Assembly: GCA_964188305.1 (NCBI GenBank)
Contig: OZ076893.1
Source of the DNA: Podarcis bocagei
Lineage: Eukaryota
Strand: one strand, 5' to 3'
DNA: 64,000 nt
In this document: positions 1 to 13,259 of the stretch, piece by piece
How the letters are laid out: every line of letters begins with the position of its first letter
Position numbering within the stretch: the first letter of the stretch is position 1
Made by a program: the position numbers and the translations under genes
The notes under the pieces: model-generated
Databases searched by the model: none
What the model was told of the DNA's origin: nothing
Seen by the model: only the letters and a program-made list of their open reading frames with translations

Positions 1-2029
1 AGGAATTTATGAGTGTTAAATCCCTGCAATCCCCAGAATGCAGATAGTCACTGTATGAGCCACACATCCACAGTGAGGGAATGGGGGCAGGAGGGAACTT
101 AGGATCTGGCAGAAAAGGATTATTTTCTTATTATGATGGAGATGTGCTTGACACAAATGTGTCAATGTCTGCCGTCTATGCACTACAATCATGTCCTTTG
201 TCAGAAGGACCTATAATCAACAACAGAAACTAAGTTCTCACTCAATGTTGAGTTTATTTGCTGCTTTTAGTATGGTACCAATGCACTATAATACTCCACT
301 TATAGCCATGAGTTGAAATACAGTACACATGCTAGTTCAAATACTCAAGCAAGTTCAACAATTGGTTTGTGTAACCCTGAGGCAATATTAGTTTACACAT
401 TTTCTACAATGAATCACACTTTCTTTTTCTATTTAAATGTAGATGGAACATCCAATGACTTGCTAGCACATAAAGTCACCCTACCCTTACGCAACTCCCA
501 ATAACTGGTTTTGTCTTCAGTTTCTATCTTGTTATTCTATAAATTTAATCTAGAACTTGGGTTCAAAAATTCTTTGGTTCACAATAACTGGTTCACAATA
601 CCAGCAAGTGTTAATTAATAAATTATAAGAATAACATTTTCACAAATTATGTTGATGTGATCAGAAAAGGTTTCCCAACCATGCTAGTGTTTGGTTTAAC
701 TGGTATACTGCACTCTTCAGGAAGGATATCCCCACTTGTCATGCTTAAAAAAACACACAACACTTTCCCCAAGCCTAAGTCCTGGTGGAGGTAGATAGTG
801 TGTGCATACATGTCAAGGGGTGTGTGTGGTGTATGCATGTTTGTGATGCACAACAGTTTCCCCAGTTTGCAAGTATGCCAACTGGCCAAAAAAGGTTGGT
901 GGTTTCACTGCTATATACTGCTTTATGCTAAAAAATAATGAAATGGGAATAAAATACTACTAAGAGCTATGACTAAGAAAAGGAACAGGAATGGCTAGTT
1001 GAACTATACTCGCACATTAATACTCTTAATGTGAGATATGAGAAACGACTCATCTGGGAAGCAAACATTAATCATTAATTTTTTTCAACATTCATCCAAA
1101 CACTTTCTTCTTCACTTAAATACCACCATCTGTTTTCCTTTATAATAAACCTCACAAACATATTGCATATGCCCCGGTGGAAGACAGATAGGTCATTTTC
1201 ACACAGTTATAAATTGTGTTGTAAGGAAGAGTCTTGTTTATTTTCAAGGGAAATTAGCAGTCCTGGACACTGCATCTTTCTTGAACACTCTTGACTGTAC
1301 CCACCTCAATTAAAAATCACACTGTAATAGTAAGCTCATTAAAGAACTCATGGTTCTTACTCAATATTTCACCTCGCCAACAAAATATAATTTGTCTCAG
1401 ATAGGAAGAATGAGATAAATTTTGAAATCAAGGAAATCTCCTCAACAGCTTATAGTTTGCTATTATTTTGTGTCTGGGAATTTTAGAATATGAAAGAAAA
1501 GCTAGTTCCATAAAACTAAAAATATGTATTTTCTAATGGATGGATCAGTGAAATTATATCCCTTGTGCTAAACCACAGAAAATATATCAAGAATGAACTC
1601 CGGAAAAATCCAATGGTTGCCATATCTAGGAAATATTTCATTGACTATCTGTAACAACCTGGTGCTAACTATGCAGGCTTTGATGTGCACACACTGTGTG
1701 CAGAAGGGCAAGAGCACAGTTCTGTTACGTCCTGTGGAAGCCTCCATACAAGGGGGTTATAGCTACAAGCGGAAACATTATACCCCAACATAATACAACA
1801 ATATATGACTACCTAATTCAGATAGGGTAACAGTAAATTAAGCAAAGGATAGTGCATTGGAGAACAGCAGCAACCAGTCTATTCACGCTTCCTTTTGTTC
1901 TCCCACTTCCTTATGCCACTCCTATATGCTACATTTAATTAAGGGTTGTGATAAAACTGAACACTGGTAAACAAGGAAATCAACTGAAATCAGGTGCAAA
2001 ATTGCTCGGGTTGAGAGAGAGAGAGCAGG

Positions 2030-2440
2030 TGTGTCATGCCATTTTTAAAGATGGAAACACAACCTTTTTAAAAAGATGTTATGCCTTTAATCGCCCTCCT
2101 GCGTCCAGTGAGACACTCAGACACTGCTGTATCCCAGATGTTCAGGGGCATTTTAGACTGGTTCTTCCATTGTTGAGCTTTCATCAATCGTACTGCAGTC
2201 AGTAAGAAGTCTATTAGTTCTCTGTGGTGCAAGTTGGAGCCCAAGCCTATATCTAAAGATAGTAGGACTAAGGAAGGATTTTGAGAAATAGGTTGGATTG
2301 TAAATGTGGATATAATGGAAAATACTCTATTCCAACTGTTTCTCACATGGGGGCATTCAAGTTGTTCTATTTTAATAAATGTAAGCGCCATTCCATTTCT
2401 CATGAGTTTTCTTTGTGGGTATGTAAGGTCAACCGAACAG
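2030..2440 (-). mobile_element. L1-clade LINE, decayed 3' end of ORF2 (C-terminal Cys-rich region)
   Basis: Minus-strand translation (ORF 2068..2475) has the L1 ORF2 C-terminal pattern ECPHVRNSWNRVFSII...PSLVLLSL...FLLTAVRLMKAQQWKN...LNIW. Boundaries approximate. Confidence 0.75.
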
Positions 2441-3355
2441 GTGCTTCTTACACATCCATCACCCCTGATCCTCACCAGGTGCTGAAAATACGGGAAGGAG
2501 CAATACTACTGGCCACACCTATGTTAGTCAGGTATGTAAGCAGTATAGCAGCACATTGAAGTATGCCAGTGCAATATCTTAAGCACATGTCTGATATAAT
2601 GGATTCATGCTCCTTATTGATTGAATGATGGCTCAAGTGGTTTGAAAGAGCTGGGATATAAGAAAGTTTCTTATACTGTATTAAGTTTACAGTGAGGCAT
2701 AAAAGTCCTTAACTTTTCACATAACTTTTCACAATTATGATTGGAGGAAGAGGCGCAGCATTCAAACTAGTACCATTGAAGGATTTTAAGTGTCACATCC
2801 ATGTCAAACAAACTAATCTCCAAACAACATACCATTATATATAAAACACAGAAAACAAAAACAAAATAAAGGCATAATTGAGCATAATAAAATCAGAACA
2901 TAACAGAGCGCATCAAGAATACATGCAGACAAAGAACATACTCATATTGAATGGTTCCAGTTTGTAAAAGAAAGGAACTGTGATCAAAGCCTCACACTTC
3001 TGCCAGATTTGACACCCAAAGTAGAAATAGAGAGGAAACTGCATTACTATAAAGGAAATGAATATCAAAGCAGTCTATGTGGAGCCAATTTTTTTTCCGT
3101 CCAAAAGAATGAAAGCTATGTAAAATATTAATAAGCTCAGGTACATGCTTCAATTAAGAAGTTGAGCTACACCTCTAAAACACCAGCTGGAAAACTTTAA
3201 AGTAAACTCTATCATTTGCAAGATTCGGATATAATACATAGATGACAGAATGATCTAACATATGCTTTGGAATTGCCCCAAATTACCAAAAATCTGGACT
3301 GCTGCCAAAACAGTGCACATTATTACATCAAAGCCAAGGCATTGGAGTAGTCTCT

Positions 3356-3356
<1 letters not shown>

Positions 3357-3395
<39 letters not shown>
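3357..3395. repeat. (CA)n microsatellite, about 19 units
   Basis: Direct reading. Confidence 0.98.
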
Positions 3396-3396
<1 letters not shown>

Positions 3397-4249
3397 AACA
3401 GACAACACCACACTAAACATACATAATAAAACACACACAAACAATTCTTTATACTTCTACTAAAGCTATTATCAGGTGTTGTAACACAGATCCATCAGAG
3501 ACCCTTATGTAAGGTTTATTTAGATAAATAAAACGAATACCATTCCATTGACATAGGGTGGATGAGCATGTGAGCCAAGGCGCACACAACTTTTTTCTCA
3601 TGCTAAACTATTATAGCCAAACTTAGCCAAACTGAGCAATGTGCATGTGAATTATTATACATTCATACTGCCTGATTGTCTTAATCTTTCCCCTAGCTTT
3701 ATTGAAAAAGCATGATTTCACATCCTTGAACAGGACTTAGATGAGATACATACATTTGCAATAAGCAATGTATTATTCCCAATCCCTATGTTTGCTAGGG
3801 AATATAAAGCTATTAAAATAGTTTCCATCTGAGCATTGTAGGTTAAAATGTCCATGTTTAACTATTCATTACAAAACTGACTAAAATTACCAGTTAATGC
3901 AAGCAGCTCCCAAAAGATGATATAAAGAAAAGATCTATTAAAAGAGTTCATTATCTCATATTCCCTAGCTATTCTATAAATTGGGATTTAATATCATTAT
4001 CTGTCTTAGATATTTAAAGTGAAAATTTAAATTTTATTTATTTTGCAGGTCCAAAAAACTAAGTCTACAAAATTCTCCTATGTTTTTGGGTTGCATGAAC
4101 ATCTGTGGACCAACTTATAAGAATGATTTTGCCTCATTCATATATTCCCTCTGAATTCTAACACTTAAAAGCAGCAAGTACTTTTCAAGCTATCAATATG
4201 AAGCTATATTTCATATTCAGTATAAACTCCATAGAGAATCACACAATGA

Positions 4250-6940
4250 TAGATATGTAGAGTTGGAAGGGACCATGAGGTTCATCTAGGCCAACTCCCT
4301 GCAATACAGTGGTACCTCTGGTTACGAACTTAATTCGTTCCGGAGGTCCATTCTTAAGCTGAAACCGTTCCTATCCTGAGGTATGCTTTTGTTAATGGGG
4401 CCTCCGGCTGTGCGCGTACCTCTGGCAGGCAATTTCCGTTCGCATCCTGGGACAAAGTTCGCAACCAGGAGCAGCTACTTCCGGGTTAGCAGAGCTTGTA
4501 ACCTGAAGCGTTCATAACCAGAGAGACTACTGTATAGGAATCTCAACTATCCATAATAGATACTCATCCAACCTCTGCTTAAAAACCTCCAAGGAAGACG
4601 AGTCCACCACCTCCCAAGGAAGTTCATTCCATTGTTGAAAAGCTCTTAACATCAGGAAGTTTTTCCTGATATTTAGTCAGAATCTCCTTTCTTGTAACTT
4701 GAAGGCATTGGTTCAGGTTCCACCCTCCATAGCATGAGGGTAGTGTAAAGCTTGCCCCATCTTCCATGAGGCAGACCTTTAGGTATTTAAAATGGCTATC
4801 ATATCTCTACCCTACTACCTCAATTGTTCCTCATAAGGCTTGACTTCTAGACCCTCAATACCTTCATCTAAGTCATTTACACAGGCCCGACAGAACCCTG
4901 TGGCATCTCACTTGTCCCATTTCCCCAGTATGTTAAGGAACTATTAGTCTTTGGGTTGTTGGTCAACCAGCTACAAATCCATCTGTCTAGCCCTCATTTT
5001 ACCAGCTTGTCAGCAAGAATATCATGGAAGACTTTGTCTTTTTGAGTATTTCTGACCATGACTCTCACCCAGTAGTTCCTCCAGCTTTTTGAAATCAGCA
5101 TTCAAGTAGAGTGTGTGTACGATTGCATGCTTTCCCTTGTCTGTGTATAATGAAACCCAAGAGAACATGATCGTTTCCTCTCAAGGTTCCCAGTATTTCC
5201 ACTTTGTCAATCAGTTCCTCCCTGTTGGTGAGGAAACCCCTTGTTTCTTCACCCATCTTCTGGGAGATGAAAATGTCTGTGAAAAAATTGATGAATTTGT
5301 TGGCCCTTGCATTCATGGCAGAGTTTTAGTTCCAACAGATATCAAGGTAGCTGAAGTCTCCTGTGATTACTAGATCTTTCCTTTTGGAATGTTTGGTAAT
5401 CTGTTCTAAGAAGATATCATCCAAGTCTTGAGTCCGGCCTGGAAGACTATAGCAGACCAACCACAGTAAGGTCACTGTTGTTTCCCTTGCCTACAATTTT
5501 TACCCATATACACTCAATCTGTCTTTCATTTTCCAGCTCATGGATCTCTTCACAAGTGTGCACATCCTTTACAGATAATGCTACTCCTCCTCCCTTCCGA
5601 TCTGGTCTATTCCTTTTGAACAGATTACACCCTCAATTGCTACATTCCAGTCATGAGTCTCATTCCACTATGTTTCAGTAATGCCTATTATGTCATATTT
5701 GCCATCCTGTATTAAGAGCTCATATTCTTCTTGCTTGTTCCTCATACTCTGTATATAGTATAGAGACAACTGAAACCACAAGTCATTCCCTCCAGCTGCT
5801 TCCTTTTTGTAGTTTCCCCACCCTTTAGCAGGTTTCTGGAGCACCACCTCAGTTTCCTGTGCATCAATGAAGCTAGTATCCAGAATACCAGGTGCTCCCT
5901 GTCATCTGTAATATTGTCTATTTCCACCTCAATATATAGTTTAAAGCTCTCCTGATCAGATTCAGGATCTTAGCAAACTCTTAGCAAACACATTCCTGCC
6001 ATCTCTTGCCAAAAGCCCTTCCTCAAGGAAGCGGAGACTAGTCCAAGAAGCCAAATATTTCCTGACAACATCACCTACACAGCGAGTGATTTATCCCCCC
6101 CCCCCTTCTTATTGGGACACAACCTTCAACATGAAGGAGTGATTAAAAACCACCTGTGCAGCTTCATAGTCCCTTGCTATATGTTGAAAGCTGTGTTCAG
6201 TGGTATCATTTCTATCTATAAGGAAGGGATTGTGGTCAGCGAGCTTTATAAGACTTCACAAATTCTTTGTCACATCTTGAATCGTTGCACCTGGAAGTCA
6301 GCACACTTCCCAGGACATCTTGTTACTTTCACACCTTGCTGTCTCTGTCTCTACCATCACCACACATCTCTTCTCCCTCTGGAGCAGCAGGAATCGTTCT
6401 GTACACCATCCCTTCCAGAGTCACCTTGTTGTATTGTGAAATCTGCAACTGCTGTCCTTGCTCTTCTTGCCCAGAATTGGTACCCAATATGAGGGCATGG
6501 AATCCAGTAACACAGCATGGTTCCTGACATGGTTCCTGTGCATCACATTCCTCCAGCAGTTCGCCTCCTGTAATGGGCAATCCTCCTCTCTAGGAGCACA
6601 CTACCTTCATCCCTGTTCCAGGACAGTCCACTCTGCTCTGTTGAAAAAATCCTCATCTTGCCCAGTAGCTCAAAGTGTGGATTGGTGGAACTCAAGTTGC
6701 TGTACTTTCACTGCCAGAAAGGCAACCAACTTGCACTTGCTGCAGTTGTAGTTTTGCACGTTCTCAGGCAGTAAGACAAACATGGCACAGGTACTGCAGG
6801 TCTGCAACAGCTCCCTTGCCGCCCATATCTCTTGGTCCTACATACACCATGAAACAGCACTCTGGGACGCCCCCTCAAAATGCCCTCGCTAACGCCCCTG
6901 TTTACAAGTCCTGGTCATGAGCTCCCAGAGGCTGCAATCA
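4250..6940 (-). mobile_element. CR1 LINE, end-to-end but heavily internally deleted, interrupted by a Tigger-like MITE
   Basis: Squamate CR1 3' end in reverse (gagttggaagggacc...tctaggccaactccctgca...ccaacctctgcttaaaaacctccaagg) at ~4250-4800. RT remnants (MPQGSV, WICSWL, DKVFHDILADKLVK) at ~4880-5040. Endonuclease motif (NKF...ISQKMGEETRG..LTNREELIDKVEILGTLRGNDHVLL) in ORF 5095..5316. ORF1 esterase remnant (EVC*LPGATIQDVT) at ~6270-6320 and ORF1 N-terminal NCSKCKLVAFLAVKVQQLE at ~6690-6750. Ends approximate. Confidence 0.88.
4307..4532. mobile_element. pogo/Tigger-like MITE nested in the CR1 3' UTR
   Basis: TA|cagtggtacctctggttacgaac ... gttcataaccagagagactactg|TA: degenerate TIRs with a TA TSD; CR1 sequence resumes on both sides. 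Confidence 0.85.
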
Positions 6941-8627
6941 GAAGGCAGAAAGAATTGAGCATTCCTCACTCCACATCCCATATAAACAAAACAAAGCAAG
7001 GTATTGCATTCTGTAATCTATACCTTTCCATAAGGAATCCAGCTGTATTTCTCTTCATCTGCACTTCAGCTTTTAAAAGAGGTATCGTCTCCCTTTATAC
7101 TCAAGCAAAAAACTATTAAGTGTACTTGAAGCTCAGTCGAGCTCCCTGGTGCAGCTCATTTTTAATGAGCATCTTGTCTTCATGTTCCCCAGAAGACAAG
7201 ATCCGCAAAGCAATCTCAGACAATTTGAAAATGAGGTCTGCTGCTTCCCCAAACCGTTGTCTTTTTGAGCCTGAAAACTTCCTGTTAAAGCCATATGGGA
7301 ATGGTGGACGATTTTAGTCAAACCTGATTTCACTCTTTTTTTTTATCACAAGCTCCTGCTTAGAAGCCCCACTGTGGCTTGGAAGTGCATGCAGTGTGCT
7401 TTATGCTTTGAACTTTAGAAAGGATTTAAACAGTCAATCTCAATATCATTATAATTCCAAGTGCATTACCTTCATATTGGTTGTGAGAAAATAAAAATAA
7501 AAAGTTTGAAGCTGATTTCATGGGTAATCCTTTCAATTTACTTGATGAGTTTTGCAGCTGCAAGTGCATGCTCTTAAATAATAGCATTTAAAGCAGCAGT
7601 AGAAATCCTGTGTATTTAAAACACTTTCCTTGTATTAAGTAAAGAACAAAAGCAGTATTAAGTTTTCTTGGCCTGAAAGGATTGCAGTTAGACAAAAAGA
7701 AACATTTCTGCAGTAATTACCAACCATTTCTTTAAAATATACACCAGCACCAGTACTTTTAGTAATGCACCTTTAACCAGTGGTTACTTTGGCCTCCATG
7801 ATCAAGTTCTGTGTTCTACTATCATAGGCTTTAAAAGGTTGTCAAAGTGATTCAGTTGGAATTCACACAGATTAACCAAAAACAGGATTGCAGTCATAGG
7901 GAGCAATTCACCAAGCTAATACAGAAAACACATTGCAATGGTGACGGTTGAATCTACTGTACAGGGATACAGCAAGTATTCCTAATTTGCAGAATGTTAT
8001 CTTAATCCTTGTGTATTTTTACTGGTAGCTACTGTGTCTATTTTGTGAAGTGCTATACACACTCCAGTGCCTTGGGTAATAAGACACATATTACATATCT
8101 TTTCTGTCATGATCTCTTCTAACCTCTGCCAAAAAAAAAACCCTCAATTTGGGGCAGAAATTCATATACTGAGTGAAATAAAATCAATGGTGTGTTGACT
8201 ACATCTATTTACTCCTATACTTTCTTTACCCATTTTGCTGAAAGCAGTTTTAAGCGTTTGTTTTCTCAATTTTTTTTTTGCTTGAAAAGTTTCTGTTTCT
8301 AAGCATAAAAGTCAACTTCCTGCCACTGCTCAAGGCTACCATAGTTTGATTCCAATCTGCTCATGTATGACCCAGTGCTAACAATAGAATTTATTATTCA
8401 ACTTAGATCCTTTTAGTAACAGCTGTTGGTAGAGTATTTTGTCTGTAACAGAAAAACCTTCAGAAATCTGTGCTTCTGCTGCACACCAGACTGATCAACA
8501 TAACTGAAATCACCCAAAACTCCCAGTAGCCACTTTATCACATGATTTCTTTGCATCCAAAAGTGTCATCTTATCTAGTTGGTAGCCATGTCAAACTCAA
8601 ATGTCCAAATCTCTGTTTTAAAATGTA

Positions 8628-9111
8628 CAGTTGTACCTCTACTTACATATCCCTCTGGATACAGAATCTTTGGGTTACAGCCACAGCAAACAGAAGGGTA
8701 TACTTACGGGTTTCATCGCTTGCGCATGGGCAAAACCACGCCTCTATTTACTATCAGCCCTGAGTGCTCACTGGAAGGACAGACCGTGAAGCTGAGGCTC
8801 CAATACTTTGGCCACCTCATGAGAAGAGAAGACTCCCTGGAAAATACCCTGATGTTGGGAAAGATGGAGGGCACAAGGAGAAGGGGACGACAGAGAACGA
8901 GATGGTTGGACAGTGTTCTCGAAGCTACGAACATGAGTTTGACGAAACTGCAGGAGGCAGTGGAAGACAGGAGTGCCTGGCGTGCTCTGGTCCATGGGGT
9001 CATGAAGAGTCGGACATGACTAGACGACTAAACAACAACAACATTTACGTTATTTTCAGGGTGTGAACGGACCCCCAGAACGAATTAAGTTCGTATCCGA
9101 AGGGTCCACTG
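8628..9111. mobile_element. pogo/Tigger-like MITE split by a BovB insertion
   Basis: TA|cagttgtacctctacttac ... gttcgtatccgaagggtccactg|TA; shares the gaacgaattaagttc subterminal motif with the other Tigger-like copies in the window. Confidence 0.75.
8752..9042 (+). mobile_element. BovB (RTE clade) LINE, 5'-truncated 3' end
   Basis: Translation ISPECSLEGQTVKLRLQYFGHLMRREDSLENTLMLGKMEGTRRRGRQRTRWLD...EAVEDRSAWRALVHGVMKSRT is the BovB ORF C-terminus. (CAA)n tail; candidate TSD atttac at 8746-8751 and 9043-9048. Confidence 0.95.
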
Positions 9112-9532
9112 TAGTTTGTTTTCTGTAGTTCATTTCTAAGCATCATCTCTGATAATCAAAAACAATTTTACTTTGTGCTTCACATCTTTTTTTTCCTTCC
9201 TGAGAAAAACTAAAGAGCTGATTTATGTAAAGGTGAATTATTTCAGCACCCTTAACATATGGAGCTTTAAGAAATGAAATGCTGAAGACAAAATATGTGT
9301 GTGAGCATTTAATATGCATGTTTTAAAATATCATCAATAGGGCAACAAGCAGGATCAAGACTGCTGAGCATGGCAAGGGTGCTAACCCTTTATTTCTGTG
9401 CTGTGATCCTGCAAAAACTACATTCCAAAAGCTCTAGCAGGGAATCTCCCCACACACAACGGTCTGATCCGTGTTTTAAATAATTTAAAACATGCACATT
9501 AAATGTTTGTACACCTCTGACATAGTGTATAT

Positions 9533-9834
9533 CAAGTACCCCTGCCCATGAGGCAGACTGAAGCAGCCACCGCTGGTGGCAGAATCCTGCAGGGTGCTGC
9601 CCCTGTGAGAACCCTTCCCTGCTGCCACCACTGCCCCCCTACCCCAAAGCCTTGCTTACCAGAGTTGCATGGCGGTGGCTTCTGGCAAGATCTCGTGAGA
9701 TCTTGCAAAACTCTCACAAGGTATCACTGGAATCCTCTGCTGCACGACCCCAGCAAGCAACACTTTGCCGTAGGGAGCGGGAACTGCACCTTCTTGTTTA
9801 GCCTCAGGCAACAAAATGTGATGGCCTACCCCTG
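9533..9834. mobile_element. Old GC-rich non-autonomous DNA transposon-like insertion (hAT-like?)
   Basis: Abrupt GC-rich block ending in ...ggcctacccctg (hAT-type terminus) with a central 22-bp palindrome; left end decayed, no clean TSD. Confidence 0.35.
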
Positions 9835-12800
9835 ATGCCAGTTAACAGAACAAAGTGCAACCGCTGTGTCCACTTGGACAAGACCAGCAGCGAACTTCTT
9901 TCCCACTTTGTAGATAAGAAGCCAGATGAAAATGAGCCTTAAAGCAATTCCCATTAGCTCTTTGTTTGATACCACCTGCCTAAAGACTGGGCTCAAAATT
10001 CCAAAATGGAAAGTAAGAGTCATATGACTGAAGCATTTTTTAAAATAAATATTAAAGCTGCTTTTCTTGAAGTTAAAGGGGAGAGGGCTAAACATAAAAA
10101 AAATGTTTTTCCTAGTCCAAGGCAAAACTTTTTTTGTATACATAAAGTTTCATTAAACTGAGCAAACACTCCCTCTCCACCAAAAAAAAAAAGAGAGAGA
10201 CACCCTCAACTTTTATATACTCTGTTCTGACCCCCAAAAATGATTACTAAGCAGAAATCAGGAAGCAGATTAACAAAACATGGTGTGCTTTGTACTAGTC
10301 TTTATTGCTATTCTGATAAAAGTTCTTAAATACAATTTAATTCACTCTAGAGTGTAGTTAAATAGTCTTGATTGATGGTACCTTCTCTTAGTCTTTTTCA
10401 TTTGTTAAATTATGACAGATGACTTATGTACATTACAGAATTTCAATGAAGTCCCCCCCTTACTTTAATTAAAAGTATCCCATCCACAGTTGTTCATAAT
10501 CTATCTCTCCCAGAACAATGTGACAGTCAGCAATGATGATAAATAAGGGGAAGGCCAAAACATTACAGAGTCAGTCCCTTGATGATGTGAGGAGCAACTG
10601 GCATGTGAATACAGAGCAACTATCTCAGCAAATTTGCAGCAGTGCTGGCTCAAAATACTTCAACATGCAGTTGGTCTATAGATTTCATCATCACTGATTC
10701 TGCTGAATTAAAAAGAAGTCTCCCTATAAACATGTGTCATCATCATCCCCTGTCATAGCAATCTTGAATGCTGCCCAGTTTGAAAGAGAAATGGAGTTGT
10801 CTAAAAGAAAGCAGTGGCTCCTACATACTCAGGAATGTCCTAGGTATGAAAAAGTATGTAGGAGAACCATGAGCTTCCAGATCCTATGGAATGTTGTTCA
10901 CAGCTGAGCCTACAGTTATAAGAAACAAGAGTAGCTCACACACTACAGAAGAAATCCTGGATTTATCTATTGTTTTCTATGGGCATCTCTGTCTTTTGTT
11001 TCATGACTGATGGTACCTCTGTTAACCAATGACAGGAAAGAGAGAATCCTGGATTTCTTTATTCTCTATTGTTTTCTCTTCAGCTTCAGAGGATGAGGGG
11101 AAATGAACTAAAGAACCAGAAGTCAGGCAGACTGTGTGAGTCTGTCAATTAGGTCTGTGGTTGACACGGTGAAAGAGGTAGGCAACCCAGGAAAGCCTGA
11201 AGTCTTGACAGCCAAATGCTTAAGGCCAGCAAGCTCAGCCACAAGCAAGGTGGTGTAGGAATGCACACAATGGCTCCACCCTCCATGCATGCCAGCATCT
11301 GCAGGCACGACACTGACTGAATGCATTTGAAGGAGTCCTCTAAAAATATCCAGGTGAATATGCTTCAAAACCTATGTGTGGTGAGGAATTTTGATAAGGG
11401 AGGGTTCCGCACATCAGTTTGGATGTTTCACTCCAGAATTTGGACTCAATGGATTCCGCAGGCATCCTTACTAGCAAGATAAATGGGACCCTTTTACAGA
11501 CCAGTATCACAGAATGCAGAAGACTGACAGTGGGTGTAAATCAAATAAAACAAGAAGCATTCACCCTTGAACCACTCTGAGTGTCAACTACTTTTAGCTA
11601 TTGCCCTTCTTCACTGCCCAAATTTCACCACCCACAGCTCTTCTAGGGCAAAATAGGTCCATGCATGGAAGCACCCTCGGCGGATGAGTCTGGACATAGC
11701 ATCTGTTTTTCATTATGGCACAAGGCCAGGGGGGCCTTGTATGCAAGCAAGCAGATTAGCGAGCGGCAGGCTATAAACCAAAGGAGGAACATTCAGTAAT
11801 GAACTGAGTGGTGGAATGAGGAAAGTGATCTTTGAAATTACTCTTTCCCCTTCCTTCTTGCTATTCATACCTGCTTTGGTATGAAGAATTGAGACTTTTT
11901 AAAGGTCATTCTTAATTGCATTTCTAAAATGAATTTTAGATGTAGTTGCTGGTATTAAACATGGAATGAGTATATGACCAATTAATTTTCTTTTCTTTAC
12001 TGGAGAGAATATGGGTTATCTGCTGCACTTTTATTTTGTGAAGTGTATAGAGGTCTAGAACTTGAATATGTATTTTTTCTAGAAGGGGTATCAGGGAGAC
12101 GTCCATATTTACAGGCCACTGCAACTGTACAAACCACATTATTTATTTTTATTTAAAGGTATTTTGAAGCTGCTTAATTAATTAAATAATAATAATAATA
12201 ATGATGATGAATGTGTCTCTTTTTCAGTTCGCAAGAACCCTGCACTATAATTCTCAGGATAGCCCATGCAATTCCATGAGTGACATTTAGCATTCTAAGT
12301 GTTGATCAGGCAGTTTAAAAAGGCACAGTCAAACATTTTTTTAAAAAGGTTTCCAGAAAGCAAGGTATAAAACCTCACAAACATCTACTGAAATGCAATG
12401 ATTAACACAGCACAAAAGTAGATTTTTTTAAAACCAAAATATGTAGCATTTTTGTGCTTCAGTTCAGGATTTCTGAATTGTTTTTTTTTTTAAATGTAAC
12501 ATGTATGCCCTGCTATTTATAACATTTTCTTTCAAATATATATAGCCCAATACTTTGTTACAAAGTATCATATGCTTAAGTAGGCCTAATAGGCCTAATT
12601 GTAAAATAAAGTATTTTGCTTCTGCTCACAAAGTAGACTCTTCTGGGCACAATTAAAAAAAATTGATCTAAAGTAACAACATCTGATATGCACAGTTGGC
12701 TCTGAATCGGTCCCTTTAAAACACCATTCAAAATAAATTCCTCTTGTTTCACATACTTCCTTTCCAAAAGGAGCATTTACATTCAGAAAATGAGAGCACA

Positions 12801-13259
12801 CTGTGTACCATTATAAATACCTGTGAATTAAAATTATGTGCCTCAAAATTATGTCTGTCAGATTCTACAGCATCAAAACGGGCAAGTTATTCTACGATGA
12901 CATAGTAATTATACTGTGTGGAACTAGCATTACTATAGCTGAAGTTGAAAAGCACTATTCCAAACTGCTTATGGCATGCTAAAATATTTCAATGCAGGAT
13001 TCCAGGGACATAACAAGGGATATAACTGTGATATACCTGGGACTGCGTTAGCTTACTTATTCTCACCCAGCTTCCCACTAAATCACTAAAAATATATCAA
13101 TTAGTAATTCAACAAGTAAATTGTAGAGATGCAACCCAAAATAAAGTATGAGAAGATAATGTTAGGAAGTAACACGGAGTGCACTGAATAATTCTGTGCC
13201 ACTGAAATCCCTACAATGGCCACTTACTGTCTTGCCAGTGAGCTGCACTTACAGCACGA

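Noticed and set aside
2546-2566. miR-15/16-like seed TAGCAGCACAT
   Set aside because: The rest of the sequence does not match the family and there is no convincing precursor hairpin.
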